Assembly: GCA_951406725.2 (NCBI GenBank) | Contig: OX597817.1 | Coordinates: 167,772,001 to 167,836,000 of the forward strand | DNA: 64,000 nucleotides | Source: Octopus vulgaris | Taxonomy: Eukaryota | Direction: 5' to 3' | Notes under the pieces: model-generated | What the model was told of the DNA's origin: nothing | What the model saw: only the letters and a program-made list of their open reading frames with translations | The model's database searches: none | Part shown: in pieces, positions 17,351-29,754 of the stretch | How positions within the stretch are numbered: the first letter of the stretch is position 1 | Layout of the letters: every line of letters starts with the position of its first letter | Made by a program: the position numbers and the translations under genes

Positions 17351-20300
17351 CTACCGCTGATACCTTTTTATTTTTCCTTTTTTTTTTCCTCGTCTATTCA
17401 CACGGTTCCTTGCACGCACAACACTCGTGCAACATACTTCCATCTCTTTTGGAACGTACACTCCGACAGACACCTCTTCTCCAGCCACAGTTTCCTTTTC
17501 AAATGAAAAGAAAAAAAGGATCGTAAATTGTTACCAGAGATAAAGTTGCCTGTCTTAATTCCTTTTATCCTAGTCTTCCATTCCGCCTATTTTGCTATTG
17601 CTACAACCGTGAGAAAACAATTCTTACCTTCGTTCGTTAGAACTCCCGGTGGGTCAATTTTTATAATTGACTCAGTCGACAGCCGTACTCTTCCTTCGCC
17701 GGACAACAGATGTTCAGCATAAGCCCACATTTCAGTTATCTCCGGACACTGAACAATAGCGTGAGGGACGGTTTCCCTGTCCCCCCCGCATCTTGGACAG
17801 GTCGGCGACTGACGTTTACCATGTCTTGCGAGCTTATCCCAAACGGGCAAGGCACCTCTGTAGCATTGCCAGGTTAAGGACTTTTGGAAGTTGTCCAACG
17901 TTCTCAACCCGAATGTACGATGAAACAAGCTGTCCAGTTGAATAAATCCGAAACCTAGAGTCGACCCCAGGCCATTGTCGCATTCAGACTCTACCAACCC
18001 ACTATATAAAATCCGTGTGGAACCCCCACCGCTGGCGTTGCCCGAGCGCCGGAACAGCAAGAGGGCCTTACGGCACTCTTTATGCCACTCACTCGACCTC
18101 GGTCTACGAGAACACCAGGCTTCCTGTTCGCAAAAACTCTTGAACTCAGGGAACATTTGTCTGACTAGCGGAGACCACACCCGTTCACTATCCAGGAGAA
18201 TTCAGAGGTGCCTCAACCTCAACGCATGTCTGCGCATCATTAACCAAGGCATCCCTAAACCTCCCTTTAAAGGCTTTTGACAGCAGACAGAGCGTTTCAC
18301 AAGTGGCGACCTGCCCTTCCACAAAAAGCGAAAGAGCTGTCTCTCCAACCTGATCAACCACGAATCCGGACAGGGCACGACGGTCAGGCGGTAGGTAATG
18401 ACCGATGCGATAAACACATTGGCCACCTCCGCCCTCCCTTTCAGGGATAGCCACCGCCAAGACCAGGTCTTGACTACTGCAGCCACCCTGCTCAATACCT
18501 CCGTCCAGTTCTTCTCTATCTGGAGGCCTGGTCCAAACCAGACTCCCAGCAACTTAACCGGTCCCTCCGTCCAGCGCCTAACAACGCTGTCTGAAGGCAT
18601 CGACTTGCCAACCCAGGTGCCGAGCTGTAAGCCGACCGATTTTTCCCGGTTAATCTTTGCTCCTGCTACCTCCTCGTAAGCCTCAATAGTCTTACCTACT
18701 TCACGTAGGCGTGCTACTGTGGTTACACTGATAGTGATATCATCCGCGAAAGCCGTAACAAACTTCTCTAGTCCTGGTTCTCTCGGGATGCCACTCAACC
18801 TTTGCAGTAATGGCTCGAGAGCCATCACATACAACAGTGGTGAAAGCGGACATCCTTGACGAACCGAGCGTCTGATGCAGAACGGCTTCGAAAGGAAACC
18901 GTTCACCCGAACTATCGAGTCAATGTTGTGGTACAAAGCGATAAACCACCTGAGGAAGCCAAGACCCAGGCCAAACCGCGCAAGTACAGTCGCTAGGTAT
19001 CGATGGTCAACCCTATCAAAAGCTTTAGACTGGTCCAAATGCACCAATGCCCCACCTTTGCCAGATTTATTACCAACCCTCTCTATGGTATAGCGAATAA
19101 GATGGAGGGTATCCTGAATGGTTCTGCCTGGGATGGCACATGTCTGTGCCTCCCCGACTATACCATTCGCGACACGCGCCAATCTTTTGCTAGAACCTTG
19201 GCCAAAATCTTCACTTCTGCGTTTAACAGAGTGATGGGCCTGAAATTCTCTAGAACGTCCCCCTTGTCCGGGTCCTTTCTGACCAACGTCACTACTCCCC
19301 GGCGCACAGATCTGGGGATAAACCCATTCTGTTTCCAGTTCGCGTACACATCAGTCAGTAGTTACCCGAACAAGTCTAGCATACATTTATACAGCTCGTA
19401 CGGAAGACCATCAAGTTTCGGTGACTTACCCGCTTTACAATCGGCCAAAGCCTCCATCACCTCCGCAGGTGTGATTGGCCCTACGCAAGACTCCGCATCC
19501 GACCCCGAGAGGAACGGCAGCCCGGTAAGAAAGTCCTCGAGGGCTCTCCCACCATCAGGACCGCCGTCACCCCCGAACAGCTGGGCGAAGTACTCCCGAA
19601 AGACTTCACACATTTTCTCGGGTTCGTTTACCAAGACACCATTTTGATTCGTCAAAGACCGAATAGAGGAACTATTTCCTTTCCGAGTTTCCACCACTCG
19701 GGCCCATCCAGCAGCTTTGATTCCTTCACTTCCCATTGCACGTAACTTAGCTCTGGTAATACTTCCCATGTGGTGGGCTTCAAGATGCTGGTTTAACTCC
19801 AGTCTTTTCACCCTCGCTTGGTCTGTATTACCAGTCCTCCAGGCTTCTTCTAGTTCCTTAACTAGACCATCTCCTATTTTACGTCCCTTCTTAGCTAAAC
19901 TTATGCTAAACCTAATAGACTCATATTTGATGGCTCTTTTTAGGGCGTACCACCATTTGTTATTAATGATGGTACCTGTTAATGCCCTCTGTATTAACAT
20001 CTTGATCCGCTTTCTGTACTCCTCAATCGCCAAAAGGGACGTATTGAGTTTCCAGTAGCCAGATCCCTGTCTATGCAACTTATCTACCGTCAGTTTACAG
20101 GTAACCATCTTGTGGTCACTGTAGCTGACTAGAAAAAACTGTGGACACTCAACTATGGACTTATCTTTTTCTCTAATTAAAATCCTATCTAGATATGTTC
20201 TGGTAGACCCGTCACTATTTGACCACGTCCACTGTGGAGTGTTCGGGTGCTCAACCTATATGGATCTGCTAGCTGAAATTGACTTAGCAGATCCCGAAAG

Positions 20301-20796
20301 CCTGGGTTACATTTTCTGTTCATGTTCGAGCTTGAGCCAACACAATCTGTGTGTGCTGCACATATTGTATTAGAGTCTCCTAACACTACTAGTGAATGCG
20401 ACGTGGCTAGGAACTTTCCTAGGCCACGAAAATATTCAGTTTGCGGGCCAATAATGTTTGGTGCGTAAATAGCGACCAGCCTGATTGTCTTGCCACAACT
20501 GAATGTCAAGTCGAGAACGACCAGCCTGCCTTCTGGGTCAGAAAAACCAACTTTTTCTCGGCTACCCGGTTTCTTTTTAGTAGGACCAACACCCCACCCC
20601 CACCTCCCGCCCGACTCGGAGAAACGTATTTCTCGTAGCCGTTCAGGAGGGGGAGTAGATCTCTTGGCCCCTTCACCCGGGTTTCCGTTGCAACAATTAC
20701 ATCCAAATTTCTCGACCTGATGTCATTTAGAAAGCGTCCTTGCTTCCAGCTTGACAACAGGCCACGAACATTTAAACAACCAATGTGAATAGACAT
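17351..20796 (-). pseudogene. Tx1 ORF2 (endonuclease, reverse transcriptase, zinc finger), frameshifted
   Basis: Motifs IGCLNVRGL, IYAP, VLGD, GYWKLNTSLL, FRPITLLNAEVKILAK, LDQSKAFDRVDH, VRQGCPLSP, FADD, GGLG and CPRCGGDRETVPHAIVQC, spread over several frames. Confidence 0.9.
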
Positions 20797-20807
20797 GACT
20801 TACCTGT

Positions 20808-22364
20808 TTAATCATGATTGTCCGGTGGAGGGGGACCCTCCACCTTTTTTTGATCCAGGGTCGGAGGTGGACGGTCTTGGGAAATAGATTTGTCAAAATC
20901 CCGTCTCACCACCGACACAGAATTATCAGGTGGAGGGGGAATCTCCACCTTTTCCTTTTCTCGCGGGATCGGGGCTGGTAATCCATGAAATATCGACTTG
21001 TTAAAATCTAATCTCAATGAAGATACAGTCTTTCTGTATTTATTTTGTAGAATTCTATAAGTCTTATTTGAGACTTCATATATGTCGTAATTGATAAATT
21101 CCTCTGAAAGGTTATCAATTTTTTTTACAGTCTTTATCAGTTGAATGTCTCTCATGAGCTCAGTATCTTTAGTGTATACGGCTATTATGCCTTTTTCTTC
21201 TTTTTCTCTTCTGGCAGTCTTTTTTGGTCGTTGTTCTGTAGTAGTCGCCGCTCTCGGCTGAGTTGCTGGTTGTATTTTTCTTTTGTTTGTTGTTTTTTTC
21301 TCATCTGTTTCTTCTTTATCTTCTTCCTCTTTGTCTTTTTTCTCCTCTTCCTCCTCTTCTTCATTTTCTTTGCAGTTCCTTCGAATGTGGCCTAATTGAC
21401 CACATAAAAAACATCGAGGTTTTCGGCCCTCAACAAACACCACGAGGTTCTCCTCCCCTACCTCAATTGTCTCGGGAATTGCTTGAATTATTTTAGGGTC
21501 CGCTTGAATGAGAAGATTAATTGTTTGACCATCCCAGCGTGGGTTTTCCGTAGCGGTAGCCTGGAGGAGAGTAATTTTGTCTACCTCTTTGATTAGGACT
21601 GCCGCCAACAACCACATAGGGACCACTTCTGGCGGGACCCTTGTAATTTTTATTCTTGACGTCCTCATTCCCATATAATAGGGGATGAGCTCCACGTCGT
21701 TCGTTTTCAGCGTTTCAACTGAGTTCTTGTGTGCTATTTCTTTATTGGTGAACCTTACTTCCACCGTTCCGAATTTTTTGCCTCTTCTCAGATATACTAC
21801 GTCGCCCCATATTGGCTTTAAGCACTTTTCTATTTTCTCTTCTGACATTCTTTCAATTTTTCTTTTTTATAGACAATATGTTTTGAAAATTATTGTTTTT
21901 TGCTTTTCTTCTTGTAATAACTTTTGCGGAGGTTCAATTTTCACACCGTTGTCAGTTATTTTCATCATTTGGCTGTATTTCATAAAGTCGCTTTTATTCG
22001 TCGACAGCAGCCGGGTTCCACTCCCAGCAGCCAACGCAAAACTTTTTTTTCCATTTTTTGGTTCTATCTGGATGCTAGTTACATCAATTATTCTCTTCGA
22101 CACAATGCCTTTGTTCTCTGGCAAAGTCGGAAACTCTTCTGGTGAAAGTTCTGACGAGCTCTCAGACACATCTCCAAAAAAATCAAATATATTATCCACT
22201 CTGTTATTCCTTCTTGTAGCGGGGGAAACCCCTATTTCCTTGTCTGTAGTTGGCTCCTCGCCGGACATGTATTTCCTCCACTCAACAGGAGAAACAAGTA
22301 TTTCTGCTCCAACGGTAGGCTCCATGCTAGACGACATTCTTCCCCACAAAGGGGGAATTAACAA
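20808..22364 (-). pseudogene. Tx1 ORF1 (gag-like, single zinc knuckle) interrupted by one in-frame stop
   Basis: ORFs 21867..22364 and 20808..21848 are in the same frame (TYCL*KRKIERMSEE). Contains the CFLCGQLGHIRRNC CX2CX4HX4C motif. Confidence 0.8.
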
Positions 22365-22498
22365 CGCGTGCTACCACAAGCACTAAGTGTTTTCAATTGA
22401 AAACTCCAACAGTTAAGTTATTCAACAGTTTAACAAGAAACAACAGTTATTAACAATATTAACACCAAGAAACAGCAATTCTTACCACGAACACATGT

Positions 22499-22564
22499 GC
22501 GGCAGACGAAATACGGCTACGCATTTCGGCCGGCGTGCTAACGTTTCTCCCAGCTCGCCGCCTT
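22499..22564 (-). mobile_element. Detached 5' head (A-box part) of the SINE interrupted by the Tx1 element
   Basis: Reverse complement AAGGCGGCGAGCTGGGAGAAACGTTAGCACGCCGGCCGAAATGC...GTATTTCGTCTGCCGC matches the heads of intact copies at about 28930-28990 and 30775. Confidence 0.85.
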
Positions 22565-23269
22565 GTGTGTGTGTGTATATGTGTGTATGTGTGTATATGT
22601 GTGTGTGTGTGCGTGTGTGTGTGTGTGTGTGTGATGTAACGTCTAGTTTTCTATGCTTTCATGAGTAAGACGGAATTTGTTGAGGCAGTTTTCTCTACTT
22701 CTTGATGCCCTTCTCTAGGCAACCTTCACTCATGTTTCTAAGAAGGATGGTATTTCTCAATGACCAGACGTGTTTTTCACGTAAGACCGGGAACGAACAA
22801 TATCATTTGCATAATGATGATGCTCATTTACTACCATCAAACTATGCCAAGACAACGGTACACACAATCTCACACACATGCAGACACATACATACATACA
22901 TACATACATATAAATACAGAAACCGGCTCTTTCTTTATTGGTAAGAAATCTTAAAATAAAACTGTATAATGAAATACATGCATGCATGCATACATACATA
23001 CATACATACATACATACATACATACATACATACACATATATTAGGTATATATACATATATACGTATGTCAGCCGAAATTGCGAGGATGATCCGGTTCTTG
23101 ACTGAAGATTGAAGGCTTCGAATGTCCCGTCCGTGTTTTTTGTATCGTCTTCTAAATGTTTTACGTTCTTGTCCCAGTTTGTATTTTTCTACATATAATA
23201 TATATAGCGACGCCCGTACCCTCTTTGGCCTTGTATGTAAGTACATATTCCTTTAAATTTGGTACGACT

Positions 23270-24050
23270 CAAGTGAGAAAGTAGAAATAGCCACAGACTA
23301 TATAATATATTCAACAATAATATTAAGGAATGACCCTGACAGGCCGTTCAACTCACTTGAAAAGAGCAGCTAAACTCAAACCGCAAAATAGTAGTAATTC
23401 TGAAACTAAAGGAGAAATAAAAACATTTATCCCCTTCAACTTTGTACCATGCATGGTTTCAACATTTTTACGTAATCGAATTTAATTAAATTAAATTAAA
23501 TCCGTTTACGATTGGCTTGTCTCATCAGCAAAGTCGCCAAAGAAAAGGAAAATATATACCCACGAGGCAGCACCATCGAAGCCTCGAGTTTATATATCCT
23601 AAATTTTCGAAATCCACCGTAACCGCGCCATCTACTCAGCAGCAAATATAAACTGCTGATACAATTTCAGAATTAGTCAAAAAATCATTAATTAATCAAT
23701 ATAAGGGTAGCAAAAAAATTCAAGAAAAATTTTCTGCAACCAGCGGTCAAGTGAGAAAGTAGAAATAGTCACAGACTATATAATATATTCAACAATAATA
23801 TTAAGGAATAACCCTGACAGGCCATTCAACTCACTCTTTAGTTTCAGAATTACTACTATTTTGCGGTTTTGAGTTTAGCTGCTCTTTTCAAGAGAGTTGA
23901 ATGGCCTGCCAGGATCATTCCTTAATATTATTGTTGAATATATTATATAGTCTGTGACTATTTCTACTTTCTCACTTGACCGCTGGTTGCAGAAAATTTT
24001 TCTTGAATTTTTCTTGAATTTTTTTGCTACCCTTATATTGATTAATTAAT
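23270..24050. repeat. Direct plus inverted repeat cluster, Penelope-like architecture
   Basis: 23270-23357 is repeated at 23748-23835. 23836-24050 is an inverted copy of 23270-23410 and 23688-23750. Confidence 0.7.
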
Positions 24051-24103
24051 GTATATATATATATATATAGATCTACATGAATATATATATATGTATATAT
24101 GTA

Positions 24104-24162
<59 letters not shown>

Positions 24163-24221
24163 TGTGTGTGTGTATATATATATATCTATATTTATATATG
24201 TATATACATATATACATATAT

Positions 24222-24268
<47 letters not shown>

Positions 24269-24272
24269 TATA

Positions 24273-25740
24273 TTTTTTTCTAGTTTCAGCTTAGAGCTGC
24301 GGCCATGCTGATGCACCGCCGTTTTGTGCTACACTGTTATTGCGAAGAACCTTGTCTAATATGTGGCTCTTGGTGAAGAATGGAGTTTGATATAACTACT
24401 CTCATTTGCACCTCTTGCCGTGGGGTAGGTTCATCTGGGACTCTTGACAGGAAGATGTCCAGCTTTGATTTAAAAACCGCTACATCTACTTTGTGCAAGT
24501 TCCTCAGACTCTTTGGGAGAATATTAAAAAGCTGTGGGCCCTTGAAACCCAGGCTGTTGCAGAAGCTGGTCCTGAAGCGTGATGGCATTGCTGGGATCTT
24601 TGGCACTATGCAGTGTCGTCCCGTTCTAGCATTGGTGTAGCTTACAATGCCAAAATTTGGCACAATTCCTTCCAGGATCTTCCAGACATATATTACTGCA
24701 TACCTCTCCCGTCTTCTCTCCAAGGAGTAGAGTCTTAGCTGTTTCAACCTTTCCCAGTAGCTGAGCTGTTGCAAAGAGATGATCTTCTTTGAGAATCTTC
24801 TCTGGATTGCTTCAAGGTCCGCTGTTAATTTTACACTGGTGGGTGACCATAGCTGTGAGCATTAATCCAGGCGACTGAGGACGAATGTCCGCCAGAGGAC
24901 CATCATGGTTTCCTTATCTCTGGTTCTGAATGTTCTTAGGATCCACCCAGCCAGTCGTCTGCACATTGTCGCCATCCTGGTAACGTGCACTTGGAAAGAG
25001 GTATCATCACTCATGTCGATACCCAGGTCCCTCACAGGCTTAGGCTCTGGGATTGAAATTCCCTGTGGACCGGTGTATCCTGTAAGTTTAATATTCAGTT
25101 TTGGATGCTGGTAGCGCAGGGACTGGAATTTTTCAGCATTAAACTGCATATTATTATTCGAGTCCAACTCCTGCTGCAGGTGTGCAACATCGCTGGGGTT
25201 CGGTATTTTCTGCGAGACTTTCGTATCGTCTGCATAGCTGGCCAGAGTGGCTATCCGGGCATTTGAGGGCATATCTGAGAGGGCCACTATAAAAAGCAGT
25301 GGTCCCAAGACAGTGCCCTGTGGAACACCGCTCACTATTTGTGTGTTCATAGAAATGGCTCCATTAACCACTACTGCCTGACTCCTATCTTTCAGGAAGT
25401 CATGCAACAACACTCCAAGTTTTCCAGCTATGCCGAGGTCACGTAGTTTGTGGCATATCATACCATGATCCACCTTGTCAAAAGCTTTTGCAAAATCAAG
25501 GTAGATTACATCCACATTTGATTTGTTGAGTAACTGCCTCAACACCCAGTCATAATGCTGTAAGAGCTGGGTCAGGCAGCTCCTACCTGGTCGAAAACCA
25601 TGCTGGGTATCACTCAGCAAGTTATTTTCCTCAAGGAATGCGATTAGTTTCTTTCTGACTATCCGTTCCATGACTTTGCTGATGTGTGAAGTCAGAGAGA
25701 TAGGCCTATAGTTTTTGGCATCTGCTCTACTTCCCCTTTT
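24273..25740 (-). mobile_element. 5'-truncated CR1-group LINE, diverged sister of the 8335 element, also inserted in (TA)n
   Basis: ORFs 24862..25800 and 24337..24774 carry the same RT motifs, with a premature stop at 24862 and a small in-frame deletion. Confidence 0.92.
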
Positions 25741-25873
25741 ATATATATATATATAAACAATTGCAGCGTGGAAGGTGTTTGTAAGCCATTTAAGAAACAC
25801 ACAAAAGCATTTCTATAGCAGTCCTATTAATCTTTTTGTTCCTGACAAGAAACAACCACTGTATTATTGATAT

Positions 25874-25934
<61 letters not shown>

Positions 25935-25938
25935 CACA

Positions 25939-26075
<137 letters not shown>

Positions 26076-26580
26076 GTGTGTGTGTATGCATTTATACATA
26101 TATATGTACATATACATTTTCCTTTGCTCTCTCGTTGCTCGCACTTGACCATCGATAAAAAATAAATGAGTATGTACGTGTTTTCTTTTTCATAACTGTA
26201 TACCCTTTTTTGCAAACACCCAGTATATATATATATATCATCATCATCATCGTCGTTTAACGTCCGTTCTCCATGCTAGCATGGGTTGGACGGTTCGACC
26301 GGGGTTCTGGGAAGCCAGAAGGCTGCACCAGGCTCCAGTCTAATCTGGCAATGTTTCTACAGCTGGATGCCCTTCCTAACGCCAACCACTCCGTGAGTGT
26401 AGTGGGTGCTTTTTACGTGCCACCTGCACATGGAAATGGAGAAATACATCTAAATCAAATATCAATTACCAGATAATACTCAATCACATACTTTATTAAA
26501 CCACCACATAAGAGACTGTAGGGTTACATATAAAAAGCAGAACAAAATAGAGGGTTGCATTTACAACCCCTATCTCAATT

Positions 26581-26639
<59 letters not shown>

Positions 26640-26643
<4 letters not shown>

Positions 26644-26943
26644 CATAGTACTATTGAACCTGAAAAAAAAAATATTTCCGTTTATGATGAAATTGAGAAA
26701 GTGTAAAAGGAAATCTCAAATCCGCACCAATTAGAGACGTACGAGTGAGTGAAACGTGTGAGAGTTGTCTTCGCTGCAGCAGTCTAATACAATAATCATT
26801 TGATTTAGCCTCTATTCACGTATGCGTAGGTGCGTGTGTACATGTGCGTGTGTGTCACGGGCAGATAAAGAGTGAGTTAATGAGATAGGAAAAGGAAAAA
26901 ATTAGACTGTGTGCCTGTCACATGGAAGGAGGCGGTGCTGAAG
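26640..26943 (+). promoter_or_regulatory. Probable WASHC4 promoter / 5'UTR
   Basis: Short non-repetitive segment between a (TA)n tract and the start codon, with a CCAAT motif near 26727. Positional inference only. Confidence 0.35.
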
Positions 26944-26998
26944 ATGGCTAAAGACACCAATGGATGGGAATTCGATAAATTTGACGACGGATCTCTCA
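26944..26998 (+). CDS. WASHC4: WASH complex subunit 4 (SWIP/KIAA1033), coding exon 1
   Basis: ATG at 26944 gives MAKDTNGWEFDKFDDGSL, similar to the WASHC4 N-terminus (WEFDRVDDGSQK as recalled for human). Donor A|GTGAGT, phase 1, matches exon 2. Confidence 0.88.
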
Positions 26999-27182
26999 GT
27001 GAGTATGATTTCTAGTTTGTGGAAATGAACATCTTTGGCTGGAATCACCTTCTCGGGGACCATTCATCGGTGTTGTTTGGTTTACTGATCATTACAATGT
27101 TTACTTGACGTGAACTCATCCACGTATCCACCCATCGGAGTAGAGATATATATGCATTTTTGGCAATGTGAAGCACCTTCCC

Positions 27183-27220
<38 letters not shown>

Positions 27221-28077
27221 GTGTGTGTCTGTGTGTGTGTGTGTGTGTGTGTGTTGTGTGTGTGTGTGGATGTTGCAATCTGGTTTGCTCGAAGGGAACT
27301 GTTTACCTTTTTTTTTACGTTGCTAATTTGGTAATTTTGTTGTCTAGGCCAACTAGTTCCAATAATCAATCCTGATCGAGCAGACCTATGGTCAAAATCA
27401 TTACAGTCGAAATCATCTCGTCAATTTCGGAATATCTAACAATACACTTATTCAACGTGTACTTTCTTTTTATAAGAAGGCAGGATGCGATTTGAGATAG
27501 AATTATCAGCTGTTTCTAGCAGGTCAAGCGACTGACTATTTAGAGGCTCCCTTAATGGTTTGGATGAGTGTCAATAGAGCCAATTAGCCTCACCACATCC
27601 CACATATTCTCTTTCCTGAATGTAAATAAAGAGCATCGTTCCTATCCCACTGTCTACCTTTTCACTTCCTTTTCCTGGGGCTTTCTAAAAGCCATGTCAG
27701 ACGTGTATAGACGAGTGAAATTCATTCAATGGTACTTCGACCCATTAACATACTAACCATGTTTATAAGGGAAAGCTATCATCAGTAACATTATCATTAT
27801 GTAACACCTATGTGAACTAAGAGCCCTAGTTTCAAACCTGAGTGTCGTTGTCGTTCTGTCCCTTTACGTTCAAATCCTGCGACCCTTACATCCATTCGAT
27901 TGTAATAAAATAAGTCTGAGAATCCCAGTCTTTCCCAGTGCGAAACAGAAAAATGTTCATAACAAATAATTGACGGTCCGATGCATTTTGGATTTTATGC
28001 AAGTTGCTGAAGTCTATGCAGTAAATATTCAATCAAATTTAATGTAATTTATTGCACGTATTATTGGTTAGGGTTTG

Positions 28078-28502
28078 GGATCTTTTCGGTTTGAACGGCA
28101 GTTTTTTCTCGCGGTGTCATATGAAATTTTCACCCATAATTATGACCCTAATATCGATCTATTGCATTTCAATCTGTTTTAGGGTTAGGGTTATGGGTGG
28201 GGGGAAGGGTATCTTTTTTTCTTCAGAAATGTAAATAAACCCAATCTGTTTCTTAAACGAGGGACATATTCATACGGCACAGAATGTTGTTTTTTTTTTT
28301 TTTACCTCAATAGACGTCAGTGATTGGTTGAAATTGCAGAAATTGAAGAAAATCAACAAATATCTTACAAACTATAGAATTTTCTCAATAAAGCCAAGAG
28401 AAAAAGATGTTTTATAAACACATTCTACCAGTATACGAAGTTTAAAAGTGTTTAGTTACCTAGAAATTATGTTAAAAACTGCCGTTCAAACCGAAAAGAT
28501 CC
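28078..28502. mobile_element. MITE with TIRs of about 28 bp and an 8-bp TSD (Merlin-like)
   Basis: GGATCTTTTCGGTTTGAACGGCAGTTTT ... AAAACTGCCGTTCAAACCGAAAAGATCC, with AGGGTTTG on both sides. Confidence 0.85.
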
Positions 28503-28757
28503 AGGGTTTGTTACGACTGAAACGCTTATATTGAAACTATTCGGAAGAACAAAAAAAAACAAAAAAAAAAAAATACACAATCTTGGAAAACAGTTGAGTT
28601 GGTCATAGGAAAACACCTCATTAGTTCAAAGTTTTTTCTGCATAATCCATTTTTAGTACATGCAAGTGTCAAGCTGAATCAGACTAAACAAAACTATAGT
28701 TTTTGGGGAAAAAGAATTACATTTCAGACCATAAAGACCCAAACTATCTTTCAATAC

Positions 28758-28990
28758 CTATTTCTTTATTACCCACAAGGGGCTAAACACAGAGGGGACA
28801 AACAAGGACAGACATAGGTATTAAGTCGATTACATCGACCCCAGTGCATAACTGGTACTTTAATTTATCGACCCCGAAAGGATGAAAGGCAAAGTCGACC
28901 TCGGCGGAATTTGAACTCAGAACGCAGCGGCGGACGAAATACCGCAAAGCATTTCGCCCGGCGTGCTAACGATTCTGCCAGCTCGCCGCC
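28758..28990 (-). mobile_element. Complete SINE with Tx1-like tail
   Basis: Head, B box and tail ...GCCCCTTGTGGGTAATAAAGAAATAG. Flanks CTATCTTTCAATAC and CTATCTATCAATAC look like a TSD with an (ATCT)n expansion. Confidence 0.8.
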
Positions 28991-29032
28991 ATTCTATCTA
29001 TCTATCTATCTATCTATCTATCAATACCAGTT

Positions 29033-29388
29033 ATCTACTGGGGTTTGATATTTGTCTAGGGGCCTATGATCTACTAGGGTTAGATAACTGTCTAGGGGCC
29101 TATGATCTACTAGGGTTAGATAACTGTCTAGGGGCCTATGATCTACTAGGGTTAGATAACTGTCTAGGGGCCTATGATCTACTAGGGTTAGATAACTGTC
29201 TAGGGGCCTATGATCTACTAGGGTTAGATAACTGTCTAGGGGCCTATGATCTACTAGGGTTAGATAACTGTCTAGGGGCCTATGATCTACTAGGGTTAGA
29301 TAACTGTCTAGGGGCCTATGATCTACTAGGGTTAGATAACTGTCTAGGGGCCTATGATCTACTAGGGTTAGATAACTGTCTAGGGGCC
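29033..29388. repeat. 36-bp minisatellite, nine perfect copies plus partial units
   Basis: Unit TGTCTAGGGGCCTATGATCTACTAGGGTTAGATAAC starting at 29053. Confidence 0.95.
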
Positions 29389-29708
29389 GCCTATGATCGC
29401 TATCACACTAAAGTGCTGGGGTGGCTATGTGATAATCAATTTGTATCCCAGCAACATGATTCTGGGTTCGGTCCTGCTGCGTGGTACCTTGTGCAAGTAT
29501 CTCCTACTATAGACCCATGCAAATTAAAGCCTTGGAAGATGGGAACTGAAAGCAACTTGACGTGCCCACCCACACAGAGCACTTACACAGGGTGGGCCAA
29601 CGGCCGCACAAAATAAATTCAATATGCTCCGAAATTGTCAGAGACATGCTTCAGTTTTTCTAAAATCGAATAAAATAACAATGAATGCATTTATACATGA
29701 TCAACAAA

Positions 29709-29754
<46 letters not shown>

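Larger units (their letters stand above)
17154..22498 (-). mobile_element. Near full-length Tx1-clade (L1 group) non-LTR retrotransposon, mildly decayed
   Basis: ORF1 with a CCHC knuckle, then ORF2 with APE-type endonuclease, RT and C-terminal zinc finger. The 3' end reads ...GCAATAAAGAAATTC with no poly(A). Both flanks are SINE sequence sharing GACGAAATAC. Confidence 0.9.

Noticed and set aside
21867-22364. Separate upstream ORF0 in the Tx1 element
   Set aside because: It is in the same frame as ORF1 and separated by a single TAA, so a nonsense mutation is the simpler explanation.
26922-26943. Upstream ATG at 26922 as the WASHC4 start
   Set aside because: It is out of frame with the conserved WEFD motif, so it is at most a uORF.
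29033-29388. 36-bp repeats as a CRISPR array or repeat protein
   Set aside because: The units are contiguous with no spacers, the context is a eukaryotic intron with no cas genes, and there is no splice or coding support.
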